A DNA stretch of 64,000 nt. Source: Antedon mediterranea (taxonomy: Eukaryota > Animalia > Echinodermata). Shown here one piece after another: positions 1 through 13,876 of this stretch. Numbering within the stretch: position 1 is the stretch's first letter; each line of letters begins with the position of its first letter. The DNA is taken from NCBI RefSeq assembly GCF_964355755.1, contig NC_092673.1:34469648-34533647 (forward strand). Direction: 5' to 3'. Below the pieces are notes generated by a model. The model saw only the letters and a program-made list of their open reading frames with translations, was not told where the DNA came from and did no database searches. The position numbers were made by a program, and so were the translations under genes.

Positions 1-61
1 CGAGATGATGATGATAATAATTAATATGTATGATCGTGTTTATCATACATTTATTTTACAG

Positions 62-330
62 TTTATTGTCGTCCAAATGGTGCTTTGATCGCATCTTGTA
101 TCCTTTTCTTGTCTGCTTCGTTGGCAAATATGTAAAATCGGCAGGGAATTTCCACACCTCCACCAAATACCCATTTTCCTTTGGGGCCGTTCGTTCCATT
201 CCAGTTATCTTGGCTTTAAGGTGCACTACTGTCGATCCTATCCTTCATCAACGGAGCTATTATTTGAGTAAAACATTCAGGACCATGTCAAACATCTGCA
301 CCATTCAACGAACATACATTGATTGCACCC
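62..330 (-). pseudogene. Degenerate, frameshifted fragment resembling HIRAN-like proteins found in invertebrate repeats
   Basis: Reverse-strand translation across frameshifts gives ...HGPECFTQIIAPLMK / TVVHLKAKITGMER / KGKWVFGGGVEIPCRFYIF..., resembling the GHVP...C.VTG...GGLEIPC pattern (recalled, not searched). Confidence 0.3.
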
Positions 331-3300
331 CCGTGGGGTTACTATTAAAGTCACAAAAATGACATTATGAAGACTGGTCGTTTATGATGCAGCCATATTT
401 TGAAAATTAGGAGATAGGCCTAATGCATGTTGATCTCGGGGCTCGGGGAGAATTGAGTGTTTTTGAGTTTATAAACTATAAAGTCAGAGCTCAAACAAAT
501 GATCCGCCTTCAACTTGTTTTTGTTTATTTTATCTCGCTTTTTTGAACCGGTATACAACTGTGTGATAGAGTTTATACATAATTTCCTACAGTTAAACTC
601 TGCAGTCATAACATTTTACATGATAATAATTTTAGATTATGTGTAGCGCATTATACTAAAGCCTCGGTGCGCAAATGCCAACAGAATTAAGAAAAATACG
701 AGCTAAAAAGGTGAGTCGACATTAAAGCGGTCTTAAAATCAGCATCCATAGCGGTATGACACGGTTCCTTTATTATACTAATCGTAATGAGCCCGTTTTC
801 CGGGGCTTGTCATTTACTAATTCAAAGTGGGATTTCTAATAACTGTTACAACCCAACATCGTAATTGGTCTGTCAGCACTTTTCGTAGTTGCATATTTCT
901 TTAGTGGGTGTAAGTGTTGTTTTACCATAAGGTGTGTATTATGATTGAAGTAATAAGACTTTGTTTATGTAGAGCATCTTGTGTATATGTTTGTCTTGTG
1001 AATCTCCGAGGGTCCCTAATGATCAGCAATTGCTGGATTAAACACCCTCATTAAATATGGTTTAAAAAAATGTAAAAGTAAAATGCGGATATATGACTCC
1101 AATACAGTAATACAAAAACCAGTAACTTAATGATTCCGATATATATAAAAAGAGCGGTGAACAGCATTCTCTGCTGATGGCCATCATAAATGCTCGGTTC
1201 TCAAACACTTTGTGATATAAAGGCTTTTCGTTAAAATATTAAGTTAACCCTTTACGGTTAACGAAGTATAGATATTCAGAAACACATATCCAATTATTAT
1301 GGTTAAAGAGGCATTATAGCTTAGAGGCTGTGTTAGAACATGTCTATTCATTTCATAGTCGATAACCCGATAGAGAAATCCCAGACAGCGCCAACCACAA
1401 CATGGCATTGGTCCATCAATGAAAAGAAACAAGAAAAGGATAGACATTATAACACGAGTGTAAGCACCCTAAATGGGTATTATATAAAATTAAGATTGAG
1501 ATACAAAACATTCATATTATAGTTATGTACAGAAAGGCTACAGTAACAATACTAACCAATTTGGACACATTCTTAATGTTCAAACATAAGTCTGTTTGAA
1601 GATTATTTAAAATAGATTCATTGACAGACAAGTTTAAGGACGCCGCTTACCGCTGCCGATGCATAATAGATGGCATTGATTAGAATTGCGTGACCAATAT
1701 AGAGTGCCAGTCTGTGAAATAAATTCTAAAAAAAAATTAAATTTGATCCAATTTGTTTAGCCAAAGGTTTTCCATCAGTGAATTATTTTATTCCATAAAC
1801 TGATTAAAAAGACGATCATCTGCGTATGATCTCACCAATTGTTAATTTTCAGAAATTGGCGTATTAGAGGAAAGGAATTTAAAACGTGTCGACGACCGTA
1901 TCTTTTGTCTTTTGTTTTGTATGTAGTGTTTCATTCGCCTATTGATTAATGAGAAACATATCTGTACCAGTGCGTTCAAATGCCGATAATAATATTAGAA
2001 CTGCGCGCGCGCGTTCAAAATCTGATATTATTTTAATGGCTTTTGTACGCAGCGTCAAATTATTGTCTAACTACGAATTGAAATTCAACGTGAAAGTCAA
2101 AATAAGTAGATGTAGGATATCTGCCGGTTTTTATTTTCTGTTTAATTTAATATTTTATATTAATATTTTTGATATTACTCTTGACGTGTCAATATATTAC
2201 ACGATGGCTCTATCTCGTCACGATAAACTCGATACACCGTACGTGACCCGTATACGATGACATCCAACATCTTAACTTAAAAACGAGCCATGGTAATGTA
2301 CATTAATATTCATACAAGCACAAAAAATAAGAAATTGAGCTATGGTCACTGATTGAAATGTAAATATTACCGAAACAGAAACGACGTAATTTAACACACT
2401 AAATGTGTTCTTTTAACAACAGAAATACTATACCTTTAAAACACACATTAAATGCTGTTAACTTAACTGGATTATCGACGTGGATCAAAACCATCCACAT
2501 GTATTCGTATTGATTCGCCTGAAGAATCTATTTGTCTCTTTATGTGTCTATTTGTTTTATTCTATATTGATGCATTTAGTACGTATGATCCCACCAAAGC
2601 AGACGAACACAAATACATTGAAATCTGTTCCTGGCAGTACAATAAAAATTAGATACCCTATTACACTGTTAGAGAATTCTCATAGAGAATAGAGTACTCA
2701 AAATATCAGTTCAGGTTTAATTACTTTGTCTAAAAATATCAGAGCAAAAGTATATAAGAACTCTCAGAATCTGGCGGATGGTCGTGGCGAGAAAAGAAAT
2801 GTGAAAAATAATTAAAATCATGATTATTCTCTAAATCTGTGGAACCAGGATAAGGAATTTTACTGGTGGAACATATCAAACAATTTTCGTGATATGCACT
2901 ACCAATCTTGTGTTTGTCGAATTTGTAAAAGTAAACGAAATACCTATAATGTTAATCAACTGTCGTCGCTAAATGCGTAGGGCAGGATTTGAGTGTTATT
3001 TTACATGCATTACCGACATTATTTTATCAGACAATTTTGCGTTAAAATTTGCGGAATATTAAAATGTCATTATGAATGAGACAATCTGTAAGAAAACCAA
3101 AGTCCCACTAGACACATCAATCCTTGCTGTTATATTCTGTTTATGTTATTTCTATGAACATTATTAAATCTATCGACACTTCTCCGACAAAACATTAATC
3201 TTAAATGTTTTTAATGTAACATTTATTCTGTTGTAAAACATGTATGTTATCCGTCGTATTAGACGGATCAGTGATATTCTCTCGCACTCGTTCCCATGGG

Positions 3301-3591
3301 CTTAAACGTTTCTCCCGGGATATGTATACTATCTGACATTGCGTATTTGTAATTAACGTCTGTGTGATCATTAATTATTCAATAGTTAATTATCTTTATC
3401 AAAATACGAAATGTCATGTTGTTGTTTTGTTTCTCGTTCTGATGATCAACAATAAACAACATTGTTTACTGTTTGCGTAAACAATAAACATGTTTTGTTT
3501 GTTTGTTGGTATGTATAGATTGATATGATATCTAAAATAAAAGTATACTAATAAGGCTTAAATATGATTTATTTTACGGGAAATACTCAAT

Positions 3592-3770
3592 TAGGGAGCT
3601 TTGACGACTACCGGTAAACGACGTCATTGTTTATATGGGAATATTGAGACGTGTCTCCTCGCTCATCACCTCGACACAGGTTCATGGTTTCCACTGTAGG
3701 TCCAGGCGACGACGACGATACATCGATTGACATGACCTCCGTTGGTCGTCGCAAATCGGAAGCTCCCTAT
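3592..3770. mobile_element. Small MITE-like element with terminal inverted repeats
   Basis: Begins TAGGGAGCTTTGACGAC, ends GTCGTCGCAAATCGGAAGCTCCCTA (inverted AGGGAGCTT termini). Confidence 0.5.
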
Positions 3771-4015
3771 TATGAGAAAATAAAGGTATAATGTATCTAT
3801 AAATTATGCTTAAGTCTGACATACCGAGCACAAGGGAAAACTTCGGGACAAATCTCCGCCTTCAATATCTATCTCAACATCTCAGATGTAACGCAAAACG
3901 TAGATTTTTATGAAATGAAATATCTTTATTATTTTTCTAATTGTTTGTTGAAGCAGAAAATGAATACATTTATGCCACTCTAAATTTGATGAAGCTGAGA
4001 TTAGGTTTAGTTTAC

Positions 4016-4200
4016 TTAAGCTTGGTTCCCACTAGAACGTAACGCAAGGACGTAAACGCAACGCAAGCGTTTTAACCAATGACAAGCGAAGTTATAGACA
4101 GTTAGCAATCACAAGCGAATAAGCCATCGCTTGTGATTGGTCAATTCACTTGCGTTGGGATACGTCCTTGTGTTGCGTCGCTAGAGGGAACCACGCTTAA
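4016..4200. mobile_element. MITE family A (palindromic ~180 bp), most complete copy
   Basis: TTAA-GCTTGGTTCCCACTAG...CTAGAGGGAACCACGC-TTAA termini; internal inverted CCAATGACAAGCGA/TCGCTTGTGATTGG; about 8 related copies in the window. Confidence 0.8.
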
Positions 4201-6253
4201 GACACATATAACTCTGGCACAGTTATACTAATACTAATAGCATTTCAATCAATTATTTTCATTATAACGTTTTGGATTTAATTTAATTTAGGTTAATTTC
4301 CATTTATTTACAATCTAAACCTCTTATGGTGTTAACAAAACCAATGCAGTCGCAAATACAGGTTATTCCTTAACACTCAGTTTATTTTGAGTGTAATTGT
4401 GTTTATTCCAAGCTGATGTGTATAAGAATGTTGTTTTGGAAATTACGAAATTATACAGAACCGCATGTGCTGTGACGTAATAATTCAATAATAATTCAAT
4501 AAAATAAAAAGTTTTGTTTCAAAAAGGATTACTAAAATTTCACATTAGAATTAGACAAATATGGTTTAATACCATTATCCCGTGGTAAACGTTCCGGTGA
4601 TGGTGGCGCGTTGTTATACGTGCCTAGCAACTGCAGTTGAGTGGTGGCGCCGCAACGCTTCCTGTTAATTCGCGTCACAGTGCATTGCTTAAAACGCAAT
4701 CTTCTCCGCAAACGAGAATACAATACGATTATCTGCTCAGACTACATCACTTAATTGCATATTTAATTGAATTGGTTTCTCTAGGATGTAATTAGTACTC
4801 TTTATTGACCAAAAGCAGCTGGTTAATTTTAAGAATAGGCCTAACTGTAAAGTTATATAAATGCCGTCCTACTACTCCGGATGTCGCGTGACGAATGTCG
4901 AATCTTTGTACTCATCGTCGAAGACCATAATCGTGAATTCGACGCGTACGCCGTTTAATCGTATTTGACACTTGAAAGATTGAGAGGGTTCTCCTAAATT
5001 GTTTGTGAGTTTCTTCATCATTGATTTACATAAGGCTCGTAATGTGTATGTTAGACTTAAGTTATGTTCACACTGGTTTCGTTTCACGGAACGGAATACG
5101 GTGCGTTTAAAGCGTGTTCCCACTGTATTGGACATACATACCATAACGACGTAGGCGTTACGCAAGTGGGGGACGTACAAATGACACCATCGCTAGTGGT
5201 GAAATTACTTACGGTGAGCTTATAGTCGAACCCTTATTAGGAGTCACGCTTGTTAGTTCTGAGTGTTAAATCATAGGCCTATTTCCACTGGAAAGTGTTC
5301 CCTCTGAAGGCCAGTTTACACAGACAAGCGCTTACCGTTTACCGCCTAACGTTCGTCTGTGTAGCCTAAATCGGCCTTTATTATAAAGGCCGATTTACAC
5401 ATAGGGGTGTCGTCTGAATATAAGTCACATATAAGTTCTATTTTCATAATTATAGTTTATGAAAATATTATAATACAATGATATTTTATTATGGTGAATT
5501 CGTCTTCAATTTTATCGTTACGATTTAGTACTTATTTTTCTCATTGTATTTTCATTGTTGCTTTTTAAAAAGTAGGCATAATATTCTGTTGAATTTAAGT
5601 AGTACAAATTGGCTACAGTATATCTCATTGATTTAGAAACAAAATAATTCCCGAATTCAACGAAAAGTAACTGATTCATCCATACACATTGAAACACTTG
5701 TTTCCTTTCGGAAATAAATGGATTTCATATCACAAGCAATTTAAGTTGTTTAAATAACATCCTATACCTGCTTTCTGTTAAATAATAGTGAATCACAATC
5801 AACGAATAGCATATACCGGTAAGCTACTTAAGTAAAGGTATTTAATTTAACCTGAAAAATGAAAGAAACGCATAATACGATGAATACGGTGAATACAACC
5901 AGGTAGCCTACTCTATACGTCTGTGGTTAATGAATGTAGGTAGTCAATGCAGCCTCGTTGAATTGGGAGAGGAATGGGTTGTCGAGTTAAATCATAAATC
6001 ATAAATATATAAAGCACACATACACATACCCACACTGTTTTATATCTAAAATAACAATTACTCTATTGCTTTTTAAAAAGTAATTTTTAAAGTAAAATTG
6101 TTTTTAACTGTTTTATAATCTAAAATAACAATTGTATTGATTATTTCACTTAATTGTTGACTACGAATGAAAGCGAGATACTAGGCCCATCAAAAGCCAG
6201 CCCTCGATTTTGGCCGCGGAGTAGATAGTTATAAACGGTATACATCATTGGTT

Positions 6254-6400
6254 TTAAGCTTGGTACCCACTAGGACGTAACGCAAGGACGTAAGCACAAC
6301 GTACGCAAGTTGTCCAATCATATGAAATAGATTATTCGACGTGTCCCTTGTCATTGGTCAACTCGCTTTCGTTGCGCCTTTAGTGGGAACCAGTCGTTAG
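6254..6400. mobile_element. MITE family A copy
   Basis: TTAAGCTTGGTACCCACTAGGACGTAACGCAAGGACG...TAGTGGGAACCAG. Confidence 0.75.
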
Positions 6401-8251
6401 TAAACGCGCAACCAACAGTCACGAACCTCACGTTGCAAAACTTTCTTTACAACAAAATTAAAAAAAATGAGTGTGTAATAGAACCATTGAATAGAATTAA
6501 CAAACTAGATACTGAACGGCACGTGATACTAAATCAACCAATCAAATGGAAGGATCTACTCGTGTGTGTTATTAGGAATGGGGTTGGGGAAGGGTTTGGT
6601 GGTTGATGACGATAATGATTTTTCAAGAGGTTGATAATGACTAAGAGTATAATTAATGATTAAGAGTATGATTGATTTGATATGATTATGATGTGCCTCA
6701 AATGTTTCATTTCTGAACTCATGCAAAGGTTTATAAATAACAATGTCATCGTTTTGTTGCAAGCGCGGTGTTATTCCAAAGAAACCGAAAGAAATAGACA
6801 AATTAAGATAATTAATGTTACAACATATTGCGAGAAAAATATATTAATTTTAACATTAAAAATGACGACTAAAGAACATTTAAAAAACATTATACATGTA
6901 ACGCATCAGCATCAAAAAGAAATGTGCAAAAGTAATTAAAATCAATTGCAAACAAATTGGTTTTTGTACAAAACATTTCAGTTATAATCTAACAATTATT
7001 TTGACAATTTTTAAATCTTCATATAAAAATTATAAAGAAATGTATTATTTAGAAACGTTAATTTTAAAAATGATTTACTTTTAATAAAGTTAATAATATA
7101 TCACTAAACAATCGAAGATAGTAATTTGCCGAAAATCCATTTACCACTTGAATAATAATGTTATTCTCGCGAAATGAATACTCGTGATATGAGCAATGGT
7201 ATCGCATTTTGTTAAACATTAATTTACAAACAGTAGATGGAAATATGAATACTCATGTACAGTATAGTCAATGTTTTGTCGGAAATAAGTTTTTTTAAGA
7301 CTCATGAGAATTTATCTTTTTAAAACTTTTTTTAAGTAGTGGAACGAAGTGCTGAACTTAATATCTTTTGCATTACAATTTGTGAAATATAGAGAAGTGG
7401 GGTGGGGGGGGGGGGGGGTGGCAGCCAACCCCGCCCCATGTCATATATTATGTCATAATTATTCTAATGAATTATTCATGGACCTTAGTGTCATAGGTAA
7501 AAAATAATACCTCCAAGAACCGTACGTCACACAGCACGTGGTGCGATGAAAAATGTTATAAACTAAATATCACTCGTTACAATTTTAAGTTTGGCGTGCT
7601 TTTAATTGGATCGGAGTATTTAAAAGATTCTGTCACTAATAATGTTCACCATAGGTTATCAAATAAAGCGTAAAACTGTCATAACCAGTAACTGGTTGAC
7701 CCAGGTGTTCTAGGCCTGGCGGATGTAATTTTGGTTGTAACTGTATACATAATTCGAATTGAAAACATTCTAAAAGAACCCTCATCAAGAAAGAAAATTA
7801 TTTTTTGAAGTTGTTCTTTAAAAATGTTATATTTAGGTTATAATTAGTTTTAGGCCTAAATGCCTTCTTATAATTAAAAATAAACTTATTTAACACTTGA
7901 CCGTTCTAATAATACTGTCAAGTACTGAATTATTCCTACGACCCTTTCTGAATTACATTTAATTATATAGTCTCTAAAAGTCTAGTCAAACAACTTAGCC
8001 TATTAGACATAAGGCTTATTAAGTAATACTGTATATATTATTTTCCACTACGAAAGTGTGAGCTTTTCTGTATTAAAATGTATCATTTACGCCCTCTATG
8101 GGTCAAGAACTTTACAAGATGTTGAAAGCTCGTGCTGCTAATATAGCGTCACCTATACTATAATAAAATAGTATCCTAATTATTCATGATTTCTGCCTCA
8201 GACGTCAAGTCAAAACGAATATTCGCCAGTGGTACAAAATTAAGAATTAAT

Positions 8252-8592
8252 TTAAAGATGTAATGTCCCCCAAAAACATGAAAAAGGAAGATTAATTAAA
8301 TCAGACTTTATTTTGTAGTTTTAATAAAGTTAATAACTTCCATAGAAAAAAAAAAAAAAAAAATGTTTTAACTGATAAAATGATAAAATAAAGGGTTAAA
8401 TTCAACCAAAAATCTATTGGCTGGCAGCCAATTTGAGTATATTTTACTTTAAATTACAATTTTGTTCAGGTAAATAACTTTGTTTAGATCTAATTTTTGG
8501 TGAAAGTGGATATTAACTATTATGTTACATTAAAATGGTATATTAAAAAATAATATGTTAATTATTTTTTCAGTAGGAAAATACATCTTTAA
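8252..8592. mobile_element. MITE family C (TTAA-flanked, possibly Kolobok-like non-autonomous DNA transposon)
   Basis: TTAAAGATGTAATGTCCCC...ATACATCTTTAA inverted ends; second copy at 16195-16547 shares the internal GGTTAAATTCAACCAAAAATC. Confidence 0.7.
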
Positions 8593-8604
8593 TGCGGCGC
8601 TTAC

Positions 8605-10020
8605 TGAACTGTTGGTTGGTATTGTATCTATTGGTGCATGGGGTGGATGGGACGTAGCCGTTGGTCCCCTACACACTCTGGGTGAACTGTTGGTATTGTA
8701 TCTATTGGTGCATGGGGTGGATAGGACGTAGCCGTTGATCCCCTACACACTCTGGGCGAACTGTTGGTATTGTATCTATTGGTGCATGGGGTGGATGGGA
8801 CGTAGCCGTTGGTCCCCTACACACTCAGGGTGAACTGTTGGTATTGTATCTATTGGTGCATGGGGTGGATGGGACGTAGCCGTTGGTCCAGTACACACTC
8901 TGGGTGAACTGTTGGTATTGTATCTATTGGTGCATGGGGTGGATGGGACGTAGCCGTTGGTCCAGTACACACTCTGGGCGAACTGTTGGTATTGTATCTA
9001 TTGGTGCATGGGGTGGATGGGACGTAGCCGTTGGTCCAGTACACACTCTGGGTGAACTGTTGGTATTGTATCTATTGGTGCATGGGGTGGATGGGACGTA
9101 GCCGTTGGTCCCCTACACACTCTGGGTGAACTGTTGGTATTGTATCTATTGGTGCATGGGGTGGATAGGACGTAGCCGTTGATCCCCTACACACTCTGGG
9201 CGAACTGTTGGTATTGTATCTATTGGTGCATGGGGTGGATGGGACGTAGCCGTTGGTCCCCTACACACTCAGGGTGAACTGTTGGTATTGTATCTATTGG
9301 TGCATGGGGTGGATGGGACGTAGCCGTTGGTCCAGTACACACTCTGGGTGAACTGTTGGTATTGTATCTATTGGTGCATGGGGTGGATGGGACGTAGCCG
9401 TTGGTCCAGTACACACTCTGGGCGAACTGTTGGTATTGTATCTATTGGTGCATGGGGTGGATGGGACGTAGCCGTTGGTCCAGTACACACTCTGGGTGAA
9501 CTGTTGGTATTGTATCTATTGGTGCATGGGGTGGATGGGACGTAGCCGTTGGTCCCCTACACACTCAGGGTGAACTGTTGGTATTGTATCTTGGTGCATG
9601 GGGTGGATGGGACGTAGCCGGCCGTTGGTCCCCTACACACTCAGGGTGAACTGTTGGTATTGTATCTATTGGTGCATGGGGTGGATGGGACGTAGCCGTT
9701 GGTCCCCTACACACTCAGGGTGAACTGTTGGTATTGTATCTATTGGTGCATGGGGTGGATGGGACGTAGCCGTTGGTCCCCTACACACTCTGTGTGAACT
9801 GTTGGTATTGTATCTATTGGTGCATGGGGTGGATGGGACGTAGCCGTTGGTCCAGTACACACTCTGGGTGAACTGTTGGTATTGTATCTATTGGTGCATG
9901 GGGTGGATGGGACGTAGCCGTTGGTCCCCTACACACTCTGGGTGAACTGTTGGTACAGTATCTATTGGTGCATGGGGTGGATGGGACGTAGACGATGGTC
10001 CCCTACACACTCTGGGTGAA
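8605..10020. repeat. 74-bp minisatellite, ~19 copies
   Basis: Unit GAACTGTTGGTATTGTATCTATTGGTGCATGGGGTGGATGGGACGTAGCCGTTGGTCCCCTACACACTCTGGGT; ORF-track offsets of 74 and 444 bp. Confidence 0.95.
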
Positions 10021-11157
10021 CAATCTTTTACTGAAGCGGTTACTCCAGTATAAATAAACAATTATTATCACAAGCTTTGTCATCATGGGTTCAAATTGAT
10101 CAATTTTAATTAATTTACAAAAGACTTATTGATTATTTTGACAACAATTGGAAGAAAATTAATTACTTCAACGCATTTACGTAAGTCAGGCACAGTTGTT
10201 GACCCGAATAAAATGTGAATCAAATTCGTTCTTTGTAAACTATTCGACTAAATATAAATGTTTCAATAACCCGATAATTTATTATCATTATCTCTCAGAG
10301 AAGCGATAAAATCACACCTTTATTCAGGGACATTAAGTATATTAAGGAGACACGTCTATAATATTAAGGGGACATTTTTTCGGCCAATTTACACAAACGA
10401 GTGGTAACAGTAAGCGGAAAACAACTAATACAGAATTCTATCTTTTATGACCATTTACACAAACCGCGGAGACGATACAGATTTTACATGGGACACAATT
10501 TACGCGGTTTTCGGATTTCTTACCGTTACCTCTCGTCTGTGTAATAGGCCTTGGATTATCGTTACCTCTCGTCGTGTAAATAGGCATTTGTCGGGTCCCG
10601 AAGGTGTCCCATTAATAGGCCTAGAGGTTCTAAAAATATGAGATCAAATTAAGATAGTATAATTATTATATCTATTTTACTACAAATATCAGCTAATTGA
10701 TATCAGATATATTATAATAATAATATAATAGCTAACTAAATATAAACACCACAGTTAACCTCAAGTTTATTTAATTGTTACAATAAACGCTTAATTAATT
10801 TAAGGTTTTGTTTAATTAATTTACTTCAACTACAAAAGTGTATACGCCTTTATGTATACTAGTCAATATTATAATCAATCATCGCGTTGGTAGCATCAAT
10901 TTTTTTTATTAAACATAGGCCGATAGATTGATATTGATTATCGACAACTCATTCGTTAAAATTTTCGAAGCGAAACAATTTTTCTTGAATAATCGAGCCG
11001 CTGCATTATGAGTCAAATGAATATGGATTTATTCATAGATAGTGTACTGGTCGTAAACGTCGAGTTTTCTTTATCTATATAAACTTATATTGATAAAGAC
11101 GTATAATACGGATTAGCGTTTCTTCCATTTTAATCGAATGAGGTTTTTGGTATAACT

Positions 11158-11644
11158 ATGGCCACACATAAGGAACTACAGCCAGCTTTACAGGGTGACA
11201 ATCCTTCAATTGAGAAAGATGAGGACAGTACGATATCCACAGGCCTGCACAAAGCAAAGTCTATGGCTACCTACATGAGTAAGAAAGCCGATCCTCGGTA
11301 CTGGGTACCGCGACTGTTTATTCGACTCAGCGGCTTTTTAGTTTTAACTGGGTACATTTTGGCTGGAGCTTTTCTTATGCGATACCTGGAGAGTGATCAT
11401 GAGCATGATGAAATTAATGAAATAAACACAGCAAAAGATCGAATGTTAAAATCTTTTTGGAACAATACTAAACTGGAGAATGGGAGCATAACGTACGGTA
11501 AATGGTTAACTCTGGCGTTAGATGAACTCGATACGTACGAAGACAAATTGTACGAATCATATGATCACGGCGTTACTGCTGCAAAAGAGGTTTGGCGTCT
11601 CTCCAGTTCCATGATGTTTTGTATAACGGTCATAACAACAGTAG
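11158..11644 (+). CDS. K2P potassium channel locus 1, coding exon 1 (N-term, M1, cap, pore helix 1)
   Basis: M1 LSGFLVLTGYILAGAFLMRYLE, P1 WRLSSSMMFCITVITTVG; donor G|GTAAGG at 11645 (phase 1). Confidence 0.92.
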
Positions 11645-11914
11645 GTAAGGGAAAAAACGTCTTTTTAGAGAACAGTTATTAACCGTTTGTAACCGAATCA
11701 TATCCGAGTACAATCGACTTAAGTTCTCGGAGGACTAGTTAACTCGCGTATCGTGTGTCGTTACCTCCGATATAACTCCGATAGCTTTCACAACGTGAAA
11801 CCATAGGAATATCTTTCGTTGGATTGAAACAGGGTATATCAGATAACATCTTTGCGCTTTAATGCAGAGCAAGCTACCCAGCATACAGTGTGTAAGTGCG
11901 TGTAAACAAATTCG

Positions 11915-12051
11915 TAAAGCTTGGTTACCACTGGAGACGTAACGCATTACGGACGCAGACGTACCCCAAACGAGTTGTCCTGAAATCCATGATTTACGTT
12001 GAGCTTTTTTTTTCGTTTTTCTGTTGCGTCTGTAGTGAGAGACAAGCTTAT
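11915..12051. mobile_element. MITE family A copy (intron of K2P locus 1)
   Basis: TAAAGCTTGGTTACCACTGGAGACGTAACGCA...GTAGTGAGAGACAAGCTTA. Confidence 0.65.
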
Positions 12052-13876
12052 TAGCCGCAATCTCTAACTTGAAAAGGCCTCGGGCGGGGCATTATTGCAA
12101 CATGCAGCATGTAAAAGGGTGTATCTCGTGCGCAAATTCACCGAGCGCACACGCGCTTGAAATAGATAATTTCCGGTTTACCCGAATGCGTAAAAACTAC
12201 TCATTTTTATTCATCGATATTATTATTATGTGATATTAATGCAATTCAATATTACCTGTTTCTAAAATTCGAAATCGATTTTAAGGTCGTTATTTATTTT
12301 TTTAAATGTAATGGTTTTTTGTGTGATATAAACTTATGGTTCAATAGCTGTTTATATACATACTTTAATATACAAATAATGCATGTGTGTGAGTTGGATG
12401 GTGAGAATATTTCATGAGTTGAAAGACTGACTGCTTTAGATAGAATAGTACACGTGTGATATCAAAGCATTGCATTCTAATCATTGCTTGAAGTCAATGT
12501 GAGTCAAGTAGGTCTAGGTCTAATAATATTGATTGTCATGTAAGTTATTCGATATTCTTTTTTTGTTTCTTGTTTCGATGTGCTTGTCTATATTTAGACA
12601 TTAACACTATATTAATTAAATAAATTCACATGTATGTTATACAAGAAGTTATTCGGTTCATTGAACAAACACAAACTACATTGCAAACTAGCAACGAATA
12701 TTATTGAGCCGTCTTCAAGAAAACATCATCAACATAACAACAATCAATACAACGGTCAACAACTGCCTTTACTCGGGTAGATGGCAACACTACGTAACTG
12801 TCTGTAGGCTATAATACTATATAAACTCTTACTGTGTAATATACACACTATAGGAATATCTGAACTACACCCTTGTTAAATTCCCACGCTAGATAACTGT
12901 CTGTACTGTACACTTATTAAATCCCCACACTAGATAACTGTCTGTACCTCACATTCATATATATCTCACACTTATATACTGTATATTTCCTCCATGCACT
13001 TACATAACTGTTTACCCCTATTATATCCGTACACTATACTATCTGTAAGCTACGCCCTTATTATCCTCAAACTATAAAACAGATGTACAGTACTACATAC
13101 AGTCTACTTAGATATTCATACTATCTGTCTGTACTCTACACCTATCTCCATTCTATAGGCCTATACGTGATACACACTTACACACTGTCTACACACCACC
13201 TAAACTATACAACTCTTATTACATGCCGAAGCTATATAAATATCTGTATTCTATCCTACACCTATCCCCTCATTGTACGCTGCATTATTATAGATAATAT
13301 ATATTCTGTATTTCTTAGATCCCCAAAACATATAATCTGCATAAAGTATGCCCACCCTAGGCCCCACAACTGCTGTTAACAATCTTACACTTTATTAGAT
13401 TCTTACGCGATAAAACCTCATCTAAATCCCCAGACTTTTACTATGTTCACACATTATATTAATGTAGACCTACACTGTACATCCCTACTCGTCTCAAAAT
13501 ACATTTTCGTTAAACTTATCCCACAGAGGTTTCTCTATACCTTTTAAGATCCTCGATATATAATAAATGAACGTAACAACATTCATCACAACTTAAACTG
13601 TCATTTGTGTATCATTATTACCTTCACATACGAAGCTAATTATGCTTGCTTTGCATGATTTAGCATCTAAAGATACTGGGTATTCTACAGGAAACATAAT
13701 CACATTTAAAATGAATAAATACATGAGGCCACAGAAATTTACTCTTCATGAGACAGGTATTCTTGGGGATACGTTGTTCTAGAAAAGCTGCAAAATACAC
13801 GGACCCTATATTATAGAATGTACTTTCGAATTTCAGTTGTGCAAGATAATTAAGATATCTTTTTTTGCATTTACAG

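Noticed and set aside
8776-9860. 64-72 aa ORFs in the 74-bp repeat
   Set aside because: Unit length is not a multiple of 3; repeat artefacts
11076-11083. TATA box for K2P locus 1
   Set aside because: TATATAAA is expected by chance in such AT-rich DNA and there is no TSS evidence
12780-13500. 98-aa Tyr-rich ORF in a C/A/T-skewed intronic tract
   Set aside because: Degenerate low-complexity sequence with no recognisable domain or splice support
13837-13876. ORF-track starts at 13837 and 40390, and run-on tails of the first-exon ORFs
   Set aside because: These are intronic extensions or internal non-ATG starts; the true boundaries are the splice sites that rebuild the GYG motif
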